DNA from: Eledone cirrhosa
Lineage: Eukaryota
Length of the DNA: 64,000 bases
Direction: 5' to 3'
Assembly (NCBI GenBank): GCA_964016885.1
Contig: OZ024741.1
Span: 160,146,001-160,210,000, forward strand
Shown: in pieces, positions 50,234-63,200 of the stretch
How positions within the stretch are numbered: position 1 is the stretch's first letter
Layout of the letters: each line of letters begins with the position of its first letter
Program-made: the position numbers and the translations under genes
The notes under the pieces: generated by a model
Told to the model about the DNA's origin: nothing
Database searches by the model: none
The model's input: the letters and a program-made list of their open reading frames with translations, nothing else

Positions 50234-51330
50234 AAGGTCGGAAGTGTAAATGATGGTTCTAGTGGTATTTAGTAAAAGTGATGAGGTTGAAAAGATGGTG
50301 GTGGAAATGTTCATAGTCCGTGGTGGTGGCGATGTTGATGAAATAGTAATGGTGATGGTGGTGGTGATGTACAGACGGTGTTGTTTAGTATGGTGGCGAT
50401 GATGACGTAGTAGTTGAGGTGGTGGTGGTGGTGGTGGTGATGGTGGCAGTAGTTGTAGTGAAGGTAGTAGTAGTGGTGGAGGTGGTGGTGGTTGTGGTGG
50501 TAGTGGTGGTGGTGGTGGTGGTGGTGGTGTTTAGCCCCAGATCATCTCTAAACCATCAATCAGACCTACGATGTATATACAGTTATACATCCGTCGTTTC
50601 CGATAATTCAATCAACGGGAATGTCTGCTCGCAAAATTAACGTGTTAGTGGCTGAGCATTCCACAGAAACGTGTACTCTTAATGTAATTCTCAGGGAGAT
50701 TCACAAAGCGTAACAAGTCCCTTGAATTACAGATATAACTCGTTTTTGCCAACTAAGTGAACTGTAACAATGTTTAATTAAACGACACAACGCGCCACCC
50801 GGTCAGGGTGGAAGAAGACTGCTTTCGGACTTCGGACGAGAGGTCACCACTCAAAATCCTACGGGTCTGAAGGCTTTCTTTTGAGGAAAGCGAGGGCCTC
50901 AGATAATCACACCCCCTTTACCCTTCGGTCCACGAGAGAGGGTTGATGTGCTAGCTCAACTCGCCTTATGTAAGACCTGGTCCTTCTTTTAATAAAATAA
51001 TAAGGCAATATGAGAAGGATTTGGTTGCTAATTTTAATACGTCAAAGGATGACACCGAAGTTCTGGTGATTGCTCCTTGTGATAGTGACCTAATGAGAGC
51101 TAAAGAGGTTAAGAAAACTAAGGTGTATGCAAGAGTCGTTTTTTATTTATTTCGTCTCTCATAAATATTTACATATATAGACGCAACTACAAACCGCACC
51201 TCATGTATGTCTATCTCCCACCTTTGCCCTCGTCGCTCTCTCTTTCCCCCTTAACTCCTGATGGACTCATAGGGGTGAAGGCTCGACGCATGGCATATTT
51301 AGATAATTTAAATCTGGCACACTCACACAC

Positions 51331-51389
<59 letters not shown>

Positions 51390-51394
<5 letters not shown>

Positions 51395-51535
51395 GTTTCT
51401 ACTTTTGGCACAAGGCCAGCAATTATCCCAGTGTATTACTGGTACTTTATTTTATCGACCCCGTAACTTAAGGGCCGTAATTCTTTGCTGCAAAGCATGG
51501 CGTCCGACCCTCTACCGATACTACCAATCCACCGC
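51390..51535 (-). mobile_element. SINE family 1 with internal deletion
   Basis: Both ends present; box B region missing. Confidence 0.8.
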
Positions 51536-51577
51536 ATATATGTAGAATAGGATTGGTTGTGTAGTTGCTAGTAAAGT

Positions 51578-51680
51578 TAGGCTTAAAAATGGAATGAGAA
51601 TAAGAAGAAAGCAAGAACGGGGTGGGGGGGGGTCCCTCATCAGTTGTTTTCTTCTTATTCTCATTCCATTTTTAAGCCTA
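51578..51680 (-). repeat. About 37-bp-arm hairpin that corresponds to an extended stem I of a hammerhead relic
   Basis: Arms TAGGCTTAAAAATGGAATGAGAATAAGAAGAAAGCAA and its near-perfect complement. The minus-strand loop reads CTGATGA-GGG...CCCC-GTTC, with GAAA/stem III missing. Confidence 0.55.
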
Positions 51681-51694
51681 TATATATATATATC

Positions 51695-51840
51695 CGAACT
51701 AGTTTGGATCTAACTGTCGAAAGAGCTGGAGCTCAGCCGACGGGGTCCTGACACTTTTCCTATTACCCACTCTATTACCATACGTATCGAGTATTCTGGC
51801 GCCTTATGGTCCACCTGGTTTTTTACCACACTTTCTTTAT
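51695..51840 (+). mobile_element. Family A element, diverged copy (other fragments at 295-373, 47388-47420, 54145-54203)
   Basis: CTGTCGAAAAGAGCTGGAGCTCAGCCGACGGGGTC...TTTTCCTATTACCCACTC...GGTCCACCTGGTT. Confidence 0.6.
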
Positions 51841-51884
<44 letters not shown>

Positions 51885-52279
51885 CATGTATGTATATATA
51901 TATATATATATATGGGGGGGGGGGCGTATGTGTATGTGTATATTATATTATTTATTTCAGTTCATACACGGAACAAAAGCGCTACGAAAGGTTTCAAGGC
52001 TCAATATTGGCCATATCTCGAGATTGTCAGAGAGATCAAATGTGTTGCTCATTCTTCAGGAGCTTAGAAGACTAGGTCACACATTTGATCGCTCTTACAA
52101 TCTGGGGAGATATCGTCAATATTGGGCCTTAAAACATTAGGCAGCGCATTTCTTCCGAACATAAATAACTAATATAATATATTATCTCACATACCCGATT
52201 GAGCACTGTTTTCCTTTTTTTCTTTTTCACATCTACGGATATTTACTACACACACACACACGCACACGCACACACGCAC

Positions 52280-52373
<94 letters not shown>

Positions 52374-52394
52374 ACATATATATATATATATACA

Positions 52395-52650
52395 TTACAA
52401 GTGGTCTGACGAGCCGCGGATTACAGAGTCAGGTCAGATCGATACAGATCGAACCTTGAGCTGGTCAGTGGCGCAACGCGCATCACCAACCAATAAACGT
52501 AGTGAAGGAGTAACCAATCGTCCTTGTTATCTTATTTAACTATAATACACTCTGTCTAGCTCTACACGTCGACACTGAAGTGAACCTATACATCGAGTGC
52601 TCACCCGGGTGAACCTACAGTAACTCCAAGTTACACTTCCCCTGGAGATA
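52395..52650 (+). mobile_element. Hammerhead-bearing short element with a long stem-II insertion, copy 2
   Basis: TGGT-CTGACGA(52406-12)-GCC...GGC-GCAAC-GCGC-ATC-ACCA, AATAAA, ATCGAGTGCTC at about 52595. Confidence 0.6.
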
Positions 52651-53127
52651 TATACATAAATATATATAGCGAGAGAGAGAGAGAGGGAGAGAGAGAGAGA
52701 GAGAGAGGGGGGGGGAGAAAGAGAGAGGAGGAGGGATAAACATTGTTATACTTTGGGAGGGTCATGCTACTAATAAAAACACAGGCATCTGTTGGTTTTA
52801 ACTTTGGTGTGTTTTATTTATTTATTTATACGTTTATTTACTTGTCACTAGTTGGTTGCTTGTTCTATTTGTGAGTGTCCGGTTTCATTTATTAGTATGG
52901 TTCTTGTGTGTGTCTCTGTAAGTCTTTATCTCGTCCTTAGTTACTAGTTTTGATGTTGTTGCTATTCCACTCATGTTTTCTGATTAATTTTGGATGGAGT
53001 TGGTGTAAACTGTCGGATCATTGCATCTTTTTTTTTGTGTGGATATGATTTTTATTTCTGTGCCCCCATATTCCATTCTGGCATGTTGGTGGAGTATTGG
53101 TAAGTTCTTCCCATCTTAGACTTCTGT

Positions 53128-53180
<53 letters not shown>

Positions 53181-54066
53181 CTAGCAGTGGTACCCGGCGT
53201 TGCACGGGATAAGGTATTTTGGAACGCGGACCGCCAACAGACCTAATCGTGGAAAAACTGCATGCCTGGACAATATGTAAAGAAAATAAACTGAATACTC
53301 TGATGGCTGGATAATCTTTAAGATTTTACTCGATGAAGCTGAAAAAATGAAGTTTTTCACCAATGCGGGCCCTAAGCCATTAAAAAGTTGGATTTTCTTT
53401 GCTCATGGTATGAGGAAGAAACTGACTAATACATAGTTACAATTTCAAGGAAATCGGTCTAACGTAACGCTTCAAAAGAACCCCTAAAAACCTGAAAAAA
53501 TGCAGTTTTTCACCTAATGCGGGCCCTAGGGGATTATAAAGTTGAATATTTTTATGTGCATAACACTCCCTGAAACATAAGTAATACACATGTAAAGTTT
53601 GAAAAAAGTCGGTTGGGTATTTCTCGAGTTTTAGGGATTCAAACTCACACACACACACTCACAGACATCATCAGGGAAGTGACGTAATGCAAACATACAG
53701 ACATACAGACAGATATTATAAGGGCGTGATAAAATAAAGTACGGGGTCGATAAAATAAAGTACCAGTAATGCACTGGGTAATTGCTGGCCTTGTGCCTAA
53801 AGTAGAAACAATTATAAGGGCGTGATGTTATATGTATGTAACTATCTAAAAAGAGAAAGACTAAGAATTATAGAGAGAGATCGCTAAATCGCCTAATGCG
53901 GTCTGTAGAGCATTGAAAATTTGAAATTGTTTTTGCCCAGAACACTCCCTGAAACATAATTATTACATGTGTAAAGTTTGAAAACAGTCGGTTAGGTGTT
54001 TCTCGAGTTTTAGGGATTCAAACTCACACACACACAGACAGATATCCTCAGTTTTATATATATAGA
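53181..54066 (-). mobile_element. Non-autonomous Helitron
   Basis: Minus strand begins A|TCTATATATATAAAACTGAGG and ends CCCG-TGCAACGC-CGGG hairpin + TACCACTG-CTAG|T. Internal duplication about 53505-53655 / 53885-54035; nested SINE fragment. Confidence 0.75.
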
Positions 54067-54202
54067 TATATATGTGTGTGTGTATGTGTGTATGTATATA
54101 CATGTATATGTATATATATATATATATATATACATGTGTGTGTTCAGATCTAGCTGTCGAAACGGCCGGAGTTCAGCCGCCGGCGTCCTGACTCTTTTTC
54201 TC

Positions 54203-54241
<39 letters not shown>

Positions 54242-54246
<5 letters not shown>

Positions 54247-56044
54247 TAAAATAACAGATTAAAGTTTAAGCAAAGAATCGCTGCTTTCACCCTTAACGGG
54301 ATCTTCTGAAACTAACAAAGTCAATCTGTAAACGCAGAACTGGATATTTCAAAAAACGTTGCAACCGGGGGAAGACAGGAAGACGATACTTTGGTTCGTG
54401 GAAACGTTCGCTGGCAAAGAACGGGAAAAAACGAATAATACGTCATTAATAGGAGCTTTCCAGCATAGTTACCTCCCTTTACGATCTGAGTTCAACTCCC
54501 GCCGAGGTTAACTTTGCCTTTCATCCTTACGGGGTCGATAAAATAAAGTACCGGTAATGAACTGGGTAATTGCTGGCCTTGTGCCTAAAGTAGAAACAAT
54601 TAATAGGAGCGATGAAAAACAATTACGCGCAAAGACAGAACCACGTTTATGGTATAAAAGAGGTTGTAGACTAATGTTCTCTTAGGTAGTGCATAGAGAC
54701 GTTCTCTCGCAATGAATGAAAAAACGAAGATAATAAGTCATATGTGGAGCGTGGAGAACGATAGCGCGCAAAGACAAAACCACGTAAATGGTATAGCAGA
54801 AGTCGTAGACTAAAATTCTAACTAGGAGACCAAATGAATCTCCGCTACAGAGTTAAGAACAAAGTAAATAAATACAATACAGAAGTAATAGAAATAAATA
54901 AATAAATACATACACGCAAACAAATACGTACATACGCAAGCATACGCAAAACCTTACCATACGTATACAAAACCACGCACATATAAATATGTGTGTGTGT
55001 GTATGCTTGTGTACAAATAAATAAATAATTATATAAACGTATATAAGTAAATAAATACGTATATAACAAGCGCGTACACATATACACACACCCACCATAC
55101 GTACGAACCTGCATACTCACGCAGACGCAAAACTCCCGTATACACATAGCCAAACCCTAAATACCCGAATATATAAAAATTATACGCCATAACAAACGTA
55201 TGGTGGGTGTGTGTATATGTGTACTTCTTGTTTTAGTTGACTTACGTCTCCGAACATTCGTGTATTTATATGTAGGTATGTGTGTGCGCTTGTTATATAC
55301 GTATTTATTTACTTATATACGTTTATATAATTATTTATTTATTTGTACACAAGCATACACACACACACATATTTATATGTGCGTGGTTTTGTATACGTAT
55401 GGTAAGGTTTTGCGTATGCTTGCGTATGTACGTATTTGTTTGCGTGTATGTATTTATTTATTTCTATTACTTCTGTATTGTATTTATTTACTTTGTTCTT
55501 AACTCTGTAGCGGAGATTCATTTGGTCTCCTAGTTAGAATTTTAGTCTACGATTTCTGCTATACCATTTACGTGGTTTTGTCTTTGCGCGCTATTGTTCT
55601 CCACGCTCCACATATGACTTATTATCTTCGTTTTTTCATTCATTGCCAGAGAACGTCTCTATGCACCACCTAAGAGAACATTAGTCTACGACCTCTTTTA
55701 TACCATAAACGGGTTCTGTCTTTGCGCGTAATTGCTTTTCACCACTCCTATTAATGACGTATTATTCGTTTTTTCCCGTTCTTCGCCAGGGAACGTTACC
55801 ACGAACCAAAGTATCGTCTTCGTGTCTTCCTCCGGTTGCAACGTTTTTTTAAATATCCAGTTCTGCGTTTACAGATTGACTTTGTTAGTTTCAGAAGATC
55901 CCGTTAAGGGTGAAAGCAGCGATTCTTTGCTTAAACTTTAATCTGTTATTTTAATAAATATTTGCTCTACGGTTCTTATATATTTGATATATATTTATCC
56001 TTATCGAGCCCTCTTTGGATTTTAGTCTTCAATTTTATTATTAT

Positions 56045-56048
<4 letters not shown>
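54242..56048. repeat. Large inverted duplication (about 700-bp arms) of a hammerhead-bearing element; fragments of the same family at 100-228 and 3300-3385
   Basis: 54242-55080 (excluding a SINE insert) is the reverse complement of 55283-55960. GTTT-CAGAAGA-TCCC GTTAA GGGT-GAAAGCA...TGCTT-AAAC at 55888-55936. Confidence 0.8.
54457..54600 (+). mobile_element. 5'-truncated SINE family 1 inserted in one arm of the large inverted repeat
   Basis: TSD ATTAATAGGAGC; empty site in the other arm at about 55745-55756. Confidence 0.88.
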
Positions 56049-56141
<93 letters not shown>

Positions 56142-56147
56142 TGTATG

Positions 56148-56178
<31 letters not shown>

Positions 56179-56405
56179 ATGTAAATATATATTCCGTTTC
56201 TTTCTCTTATTACTCTTATTATGCATTAAGATGTAGGCCTATCGTCCAACACGTTAGGACTTTTTTCTACATCAAGCGTTAAACCAATATATATCATCAT
56301 TGTACTGTTTTGCTCGCCTCTGTTATACATGCATACATACATACAAAGAGAGAAAGAGAGAGAAAGTGTGAGTACGAGAGCGAGAGGGGGGGGAGATAGC
56401 TATAT

Positions 56406-56841
56406 AGATAGATAGATAAATTTCTTTATTAGCCACAAGGGTCAAAAGAAGGGGACAAATACAAATGGGGAGTTTACATACAGGTATATGAAAATAAAAC
56501 TATTAATAAAATAACAAATAACAATTGAAATCCCCAATAGGGGGGAGGCGTTACACTAGGGGTTGTACACACCCCGAAAAAGTGTACAACCCTCATCTCC
56601 AGGAGCACCAACAGTGAGTACGCCCCTCTTCTTTTTCCTCAACCTACAGGCTTATATAGAGAGAAGGCCCAATCACTCGGGCCATCTTTGCCACATTCAC
56701 CCACCTTTTATAAAATTTGCTGGGGTACGGCACTTCTCTCTCCATCCTGATTCTTCTTCCAAAATGATATTTGAAAAAACGAATCAGTTGCTCGCCGGAG
56801 AGAAAAGTGTCTGGCCTCAGCCCTTTTAATCTCGTCCACCA
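56406..56841 (-). mobile_element. L1/Tx1-like LINE copy C, 3'-terminal fragment (last about 65 codons + 3' UTR + tail)
   Basis: WWTRLKGLRPDTFLSGEQLIRFFKYHFGRRIRMEREV...SLYISL* matches copy A's C-terminus; AATAAA and (GATA)n at 56406-56430. Confidence 0.9.
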
Positions 56842-59800
56842 GATAGATAGGTAGGTATATTTCTTTATTTTCCACAAGGGCGCACAAGAAAAGGGGACAA
56901 TACAAATACATGCCGGGGATTTTACATATAGTCGTGTAAAAAATATAAAAACAAACAATTACAACAATCGAAATCCCCAATAGGGGGGAAGCACCACAAA
57001 TGGGTTGTCTAATACCCCGTTGATAGAAAAACCTTCAACTGCAGGAGCGTGTTGTGCAAGTGCTCCTTTCTTTCTTTTGCTCTCTTCTTTAACCTACAGG
57101 CTTATAAACAGAGAAGGCCCAATCACTCAGGCCATTTTCGCTTCATTCACCCACCTTTCAGTAAATTTACTGGGGTGCAGTGCCTTTCTCTCCACTCTGA
57201 TTCTCCTTCTAAAGTGATACTAAAAGAAGGGAATCAATTGTTGTCCAGAGAGAAAGGCATCTGTCCTCAGTCTTCTCAATCTCGTCCACCATATAACTTC
57301 TTTCACCATAGCCACCGTACAGAAGAAAACCGCCTCTCTTTCGTTTTTGAAAGAGGCTGGCGGTTTGATCCTAACTATGGACTCGGCAGTCAACTGGATT
57401 TGTCCCATACGCGACAGCAGTTGTTCTGCAGAGTTCCTCAGGTCGGTTACGCCCGGGCAGTGTACAATTGCGTGCAGGACTGTTTCAATGTCCTGCGCGC
57501 ATCTTGGACACGTCCTCTTGGAAGGATCCCTGCCGGGGCGTCCGTGCCTGTAGATCTTGTCACGAACTGGTAGAGCTCCTCGGTAGCACTGCCAGGCGAG
57601 GGACCTCTGGAAGTTGTCCATAGGTCCTGGGCGGAAAGTCCTACCAAACAGACTGGTGAGCTCATCGTCTTCGACGCCCAGAGTCTCTCCGAGAACGTCG
57701 TCGCCCTTGTAACGTACAATCCCTCTATAGAATGTCGAAGTGTAGTTTCCACTGATTGCTGCGCCCGCTTGCCAGAGGACTGTGAGCGCCTGAGCGCATT
57801 CAATGTGCCATGCGCCCATTGTTTTCGGTTTTTTCTTGACCCAGGACTGCAGCTCCGTCAGCGAGACGAGCTGTGGGAAAGCCTCTCTCACAAACGGTTC
57901 CTACACCGGTTGGGGGTCGGTGAGGAATACCTGGAGATGCCGCAGCCTCAGCGCACGTTTGCGCATCATCAACCACGGCATTCCCAGCCCTCCATTGGAA
58001 GGGTGCTGACAGCAGACGGATCTCCTCACCAGCGAAGCCTGCTTCTTCCACAGAAACTGGCAGAGCATGCGTTCCATCTTGGCGAGGTGTTCATGGGGTC
58101 AAGGCACGACAGTCAAGCGGTAGTAGATGACGGACGCTATGAAAGTGTTCGCCACCTCCGCTCGATCTCTCAACGACAGTTTGCACTCTGCCCACTTCTG
58201 GGTGAGTGCAAACAACTTGGCCGTGACCTCGTTCCAGGTTTTCTCCACCTGGAGGTCTGTCCCGAACCAGACCCCGAGCAATTTCACCGGTCCGTCCGTC
58301 CAGCGTCAAACAACGCTGTCGGACGTCATCGGTTTGCCCCTCCACGTACCGAGTTGCAAACCGACAGACTTGTCCGGGTTTAGTTTTGCTCCCGTCAGCG
58401 TTTCGTATTCTTTCAGTTAGTTGCCGATCAACCCGATTTCCGAGGTGCTCGACACCATTACCGTTACGTCGTCGGCATAAGCCGACGCCGCTTTGCGCAG
58501 TCCCGGTTATAGAGGAATGCTCTGCAACAGCTCCAATTTCCGTAGTAGTCGCTCTAAAGTCATTACATACAGAATGGAGGAGAGAGGGCACCCCTGTCGA
58601 ATTGAACGCGTGATTGCGAACGGCTCCGATAGGTAGCCGTTCACCTTGACCCTCGAGCAGATGCTGGTGTGCATCGCATCGATCCAGCCTCTGAACACGG
58701 GACCGAAACCGGCCGCCTTGAGAACCGCTTCCAAGTATCGATGGTCGACCCTATCGAATGCCTTAGACTGATCCAAATTGATCAGAGCCCCACCGAAGCC
58801 GGGTTTACTACCCACCCTCTCTATGCTGTATCGCATGTGGTGAAGGTTGTCGTGAATGGACTTGGTCGGGATTGCACACGTTTGCGCTTTCCCTACCAGG
58901 TTCTCGACGACAAGCGCCAACCTCGTCGCTAGCACCTTGGCCAAAATCTTTAACTCTGTGTTGAGCAGAGTTTTGGGCCTGAAGTTGTTAATTTTGTCCC
59001 CCTTGTTCTCATCTTTCCTGATCAGCGTTACTACGCCCTTGCCTGCAGAACTGGGAATTCTCCCGTTCTGCTGCCAATTGCAGTAGACGGCTTCGAGGAT
59101 GCCAGAGAACAAGTCCGGCATGCCTATGTAAAACTCATAGGGTAGACCATCTAGACCGTGTGACTTGCGTTTCCCGCAGCGGCCCAGAGCGTCCCGTATC
59201 TCAGTGTCCGTGATTGGTCTATCGCAGAACTCGGCGTCCCTGTTCGAGAGACGCGGCAGGCCGTCGAGGTATGAACTAAAGTTCATTGCCCCGTTCGGCT
59301 CACTGTCGTTCTGCTTAAACAGTCGCGCAAAGTGCTGCTGAAAGGCCGCGCACATTTGTTTGGGGTCAAGTAGCACCCGTCCGTTTTGATCTTTCAAAGA
59401 CCGAATCGTGGCCACTTTTTGCCTCCGCCACTCGGGCCCAGCTGACAGCTTTCGCTCCTTCATTTCCTAGAGCATGTGTTTTGCTTCTGACCACGCAGCC
59501 TTCGTGTTTCGCATCGAAGAACTGGTCCAGTGCCGTTCTCGATGCTAACACTCTAGCCGCATTACCACTTCTAAGTGCCTCCTCTACCTTGGCTACTAGT
59601 TCTCTTTCTAGTTTGTTTTTCTCTAAGGCTAATTCTCTGCTAAACCCTATCGATTCTATTCTAATTGCTTTCTTGAGAGAGTACCGCCATCTATTGTTGA
59701 CGATGGCTCCTGTTAACTGTTGCTTGACTAGTCTACTTATCCGTTCACTGTAAGCTTTACGTGCCGGCAACGACACGTTCAGCTTCCAGTATCCGGGTCC

Positions 59801-60296
59801 TTGTTTATGTGTTCTATCCCGGTTGACTAAGCAGACGACTAATTTGTGATCTGAATAGGCAACCATGTGCATTCGTGGACAGCTTAACATCTCCTTGTCC
59901 CTTTCTCTAATGAAGAACCTATCTAAATACGATCTAGATGTCCCGTTGCGGTTTACCCACGTCCACTGTGGTGCAGTCGGGAAATCCAGTCGAGACCTAT
60001 CGGCCAGTTGGAATTGGCCGATTAAAGTTTTGAGGCTGTTGCACCCCGCTCTACTGGGACATGCTCCCACATAGTCCCATCGTGCATCTAGGATACCATT
60101 CCAGTCCCCCACTAAAAGTAAGGAGCGAGACGTTCCCAGAAACGACTCTAGACGCTTAAAGAAGTCTGGCCGTGATTGCCCGGTCGGGGCATAAACGGCC
60201 ACCAGTCTGAAGGCTCCACTTCCAATCTGTTCACGTCTAGGACTACCAGTCTACCCTCCGGGTCCAAGTGTACTTGCTGTACTTCGACGTCCACCA
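56842..60296 (-). mobile_element. L1/Tx1-like LINE copy B, degenerate, broken off within the endonuclease domain
   Basis: ORF fragments 59366-60202, 58507-59463, 58099-58287 and 57220-57891 are colinear with copy A's ORF2. Stop near 57094, then 3' UTR, AATAAA and a GATAG tail at 56842-56858. Confidence 0.92.
57094..60296 (-). pseudogene. Frameshifted ORF2 pseudogene of LINE copy B
   Basis: Same EN/RT/Zn motifs (GDWN, SDH, DQSKAFDRVDH, RQGCPLS, CPRC) split over several frames. Confidence 0.9.
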
Positions 60297-63200
60297 GATA
60301 GATAGATAGATAGATAGATATATTTCTTTATTAGCCACAGGGGCACAAAAGAAGGGGACAAATACAAAGGGGGGAAGTTTACATACAATAAAAACGTGTA
60401 AAATGTTATCACAGATGGAATTTAAAAGTTAGTCGATTTTCCCCAATAGAGGGAGACAGTTTATATGGGTAACACAGACCCCCGAAAAAAATGTGCAACC
60501 CTCATCTCCAGGAGTACGAAGAGCTTGTACTCCTTTCCTCTCCTCCTCCTTTTCCTCAACCTACAGGCTGATATAGAGAGAAGGCCCATTCACTCGGGCC
60601 ATTCTCGCCACTTTCACCCACCTTTCATAAAACTTGCTGGGGTACAGCACCTCTCTCTCCATCCTGATTCTTCTTCCAAAGTGGTATTTGAAAAAAAGAA
60701 TCAGTTGTTGGCCGGAGAGAAAGGTGTCTGACCTCAGCCCTTTCAACCGTGTCCACCATACAACCTCTTTCGCCATAGCTATCACACAAAGGAAAACCGC
60801 CTCTCCTTCGTTTTTGAAGGAGGGTGGCGGTTTGATCATGACAATGGACTCGGTGGTCAACTGGATTGGTCCCACCCGCGACAATAGTCGTTCTACATAG
60901 CCCCACAGGTCAGTGACGCCCGGGCAGTGTATGAATGCGTGCGCGACGGTTTCTTCGTCTCGCACGCACCTCGGACAGATCTTTTTTGCAGGGTCCCTGC
61001 CCGGGCGCCCATGTCTGTAGAGCTTGTCTCGAACTGGTAGAGCTCCTCGGTAGCACTGCCAGGCCAGGGACTTTTGGAAGTTGTCCATCGGTCCCGGGCG
61101 GAAGGTCCTACCGAACAGACTGGCCAGTTCATCTTCCTCCACGCCCAGAGTTTCACCGAGCGCGTCGTCGCACTTGCTGCGGACCAACCCTCTATAGAAT
61201 GACGAAGTGGAGTCTCCACTGATCGCTGGGTCCGCCTGCCAGAGGGCTGTGAGCGCCTGAGCACATTCGATGTGCCAGTCGCCCATTTTCCTCGGTCTCT
61301 GCTTGACCCAGGACTGCAGCTCGGTCAGCGAGACGAGTCGTGGGAAGGCTCGCCTCACGAACGGGGCCCACACCGGTTGTCCGGTGAGGAATACGTAGAG
61401 ATGCCGCAGCCTGAGCGCGTGTTTGCGCATCGTCAACCACGGCATCCCCAGCCCTCCGTTAGAAGGGTGTTGGCAGCAGATGGATCTTCTTACCAAAGGA
61501 GCCCGCCTCTTCCAAAGGAATCGGAAGAGGGCGCGCTCCATTTTGGCGAGCGTTTTGGCTGGACAAGGCACGACGGTCAAGCGGTAGTAGATGGCGGACG
61601 CTATAAAAGTGTTCGCCACCTCCGCTCGACCTTTCAAGGATAGTTTGCACTCGGCCCACTTCTGGGTGAGTGCAAACACCTTGGCCGTCACTTCGTTCCA
61701 GTTCTTCTCCACCTGGAGGTCCGGACCAAACCAGACCCCGAGCAGCTTTACCGGTCCTTCCGTCCAGCGTCCGACGACGCCATCGGAAGGCATCGGTCTG
61801 CCTCTCCACGATCCGAGTTGCAAACCGATGGACTTGTCCCGGTTCAGCTTCGCTCCTGTGAGACTTTCGTATTCCTTTAGTAAGGTGCCGACTTCCTCGA
61901 TTTGCGAGGCGCTCGACACCATTACTGTCACGTCGTCGGCGTAGGCCGACGCCGCTTTCCGCAGTCCCGGTTCCAGAGGGATGCCCTGCAATAGCTCCAG
62001 CTTCCGCAGTAGTGGCTCGAGAGTCAGTACGTACAGAAGGGAGGAGAGAGGGCATCCCTGTCGAATGGATCGCGTAATATGGAACGGCTCCGAGAGGTAA
62101 CCGTTCACCTTGACCCTTGAGCAGATGTTGCTGTTGTGCATTGCAGCAATCCAGCCCCTGAACACGGGTCCGAAGCCTGCCGCCTCGAGCACCGCATCCA
62201 GGTAACGATGGTCAACCCTATCGAAAGCCTTAGACTGATCCAAGTTGATCAGGGCCCCACCGAAGCCGGGTTTACACCCTACCCTCTCTATGATGTATCG
62301 CATGAGGTGGAGGTTGTCGTGTATGGACCTGGTCGGGATCGCGCATGTCTGCGCTTCTCCCACCAGGTTCTCGACGACAAGCGCCAGCCTCTTTGCCAAC
62401 ACCTTGGCCAAAATCTGTAACTCTGTGTTTAGCAGAGTTATGGGCCGGAAGTTGCCTATGTCATCCCCCTTATTCTCGTCCTTCCTGATTAGTGTGACCA
62501 CGCCCCCGGTTACAGAACTGGGAATTCTCCCGTTCTGTTGCCAGTTGCAGTAGACCGCTTCCAGGAGACCGGAGAATAAGTCCGGCATTGCTACGTAAAA
62601 TTCGTAGGGTAGACCGTCGAGACCTGGAGATTTGCGTTTGCCGCATTGGCTCAGCGCGTCCCCTATCTCAGTGGCTGAAATCGGCTTTTCGCAGAACTTC
62701 GCCCCACTGTCCGAGAGTCGCGGTAGGCCGTCGAGGTATGGACCGAAATCCATAGCCTCTCCCGGCGCGCCGCTCCCCCCGAACAGCCGAGCAAAGTGCC
62801 GCTGAAAAGCCGCACACATCTGCTTCGGCTCACGTATCACGCGTCCGTTTTGGTCCTTCAAAGACCGAATCGTGGACTTGTTGCCACTTTTTGCCTCCGT
62901 CACCCGGGCCCAGCTAACAGCTTTGGCTCCCTCGTTTCCCAGAGCACGTATTTTGCTTCTGACAACGCAGCCCTCGTGCTTTGCGTCGAAGAACTGGTCC
63001 AAGGCCGTTCTCGTTGCTAGCACGCTGGCTACGTTGCCACTTCTAATTGCCTCTTCTACTTTATCTACCAGTTCCTTCTCGGTTCTATTTCTATCTAACG
63101 CTAATTCTTTACTAAAAACTATCGAGTCTAATCTAACTGCCCTCTTGAGAGAGTACCACCATCTGTTGTTGACAATGGCCCCTGTCAAGTGCTGTTTAAC

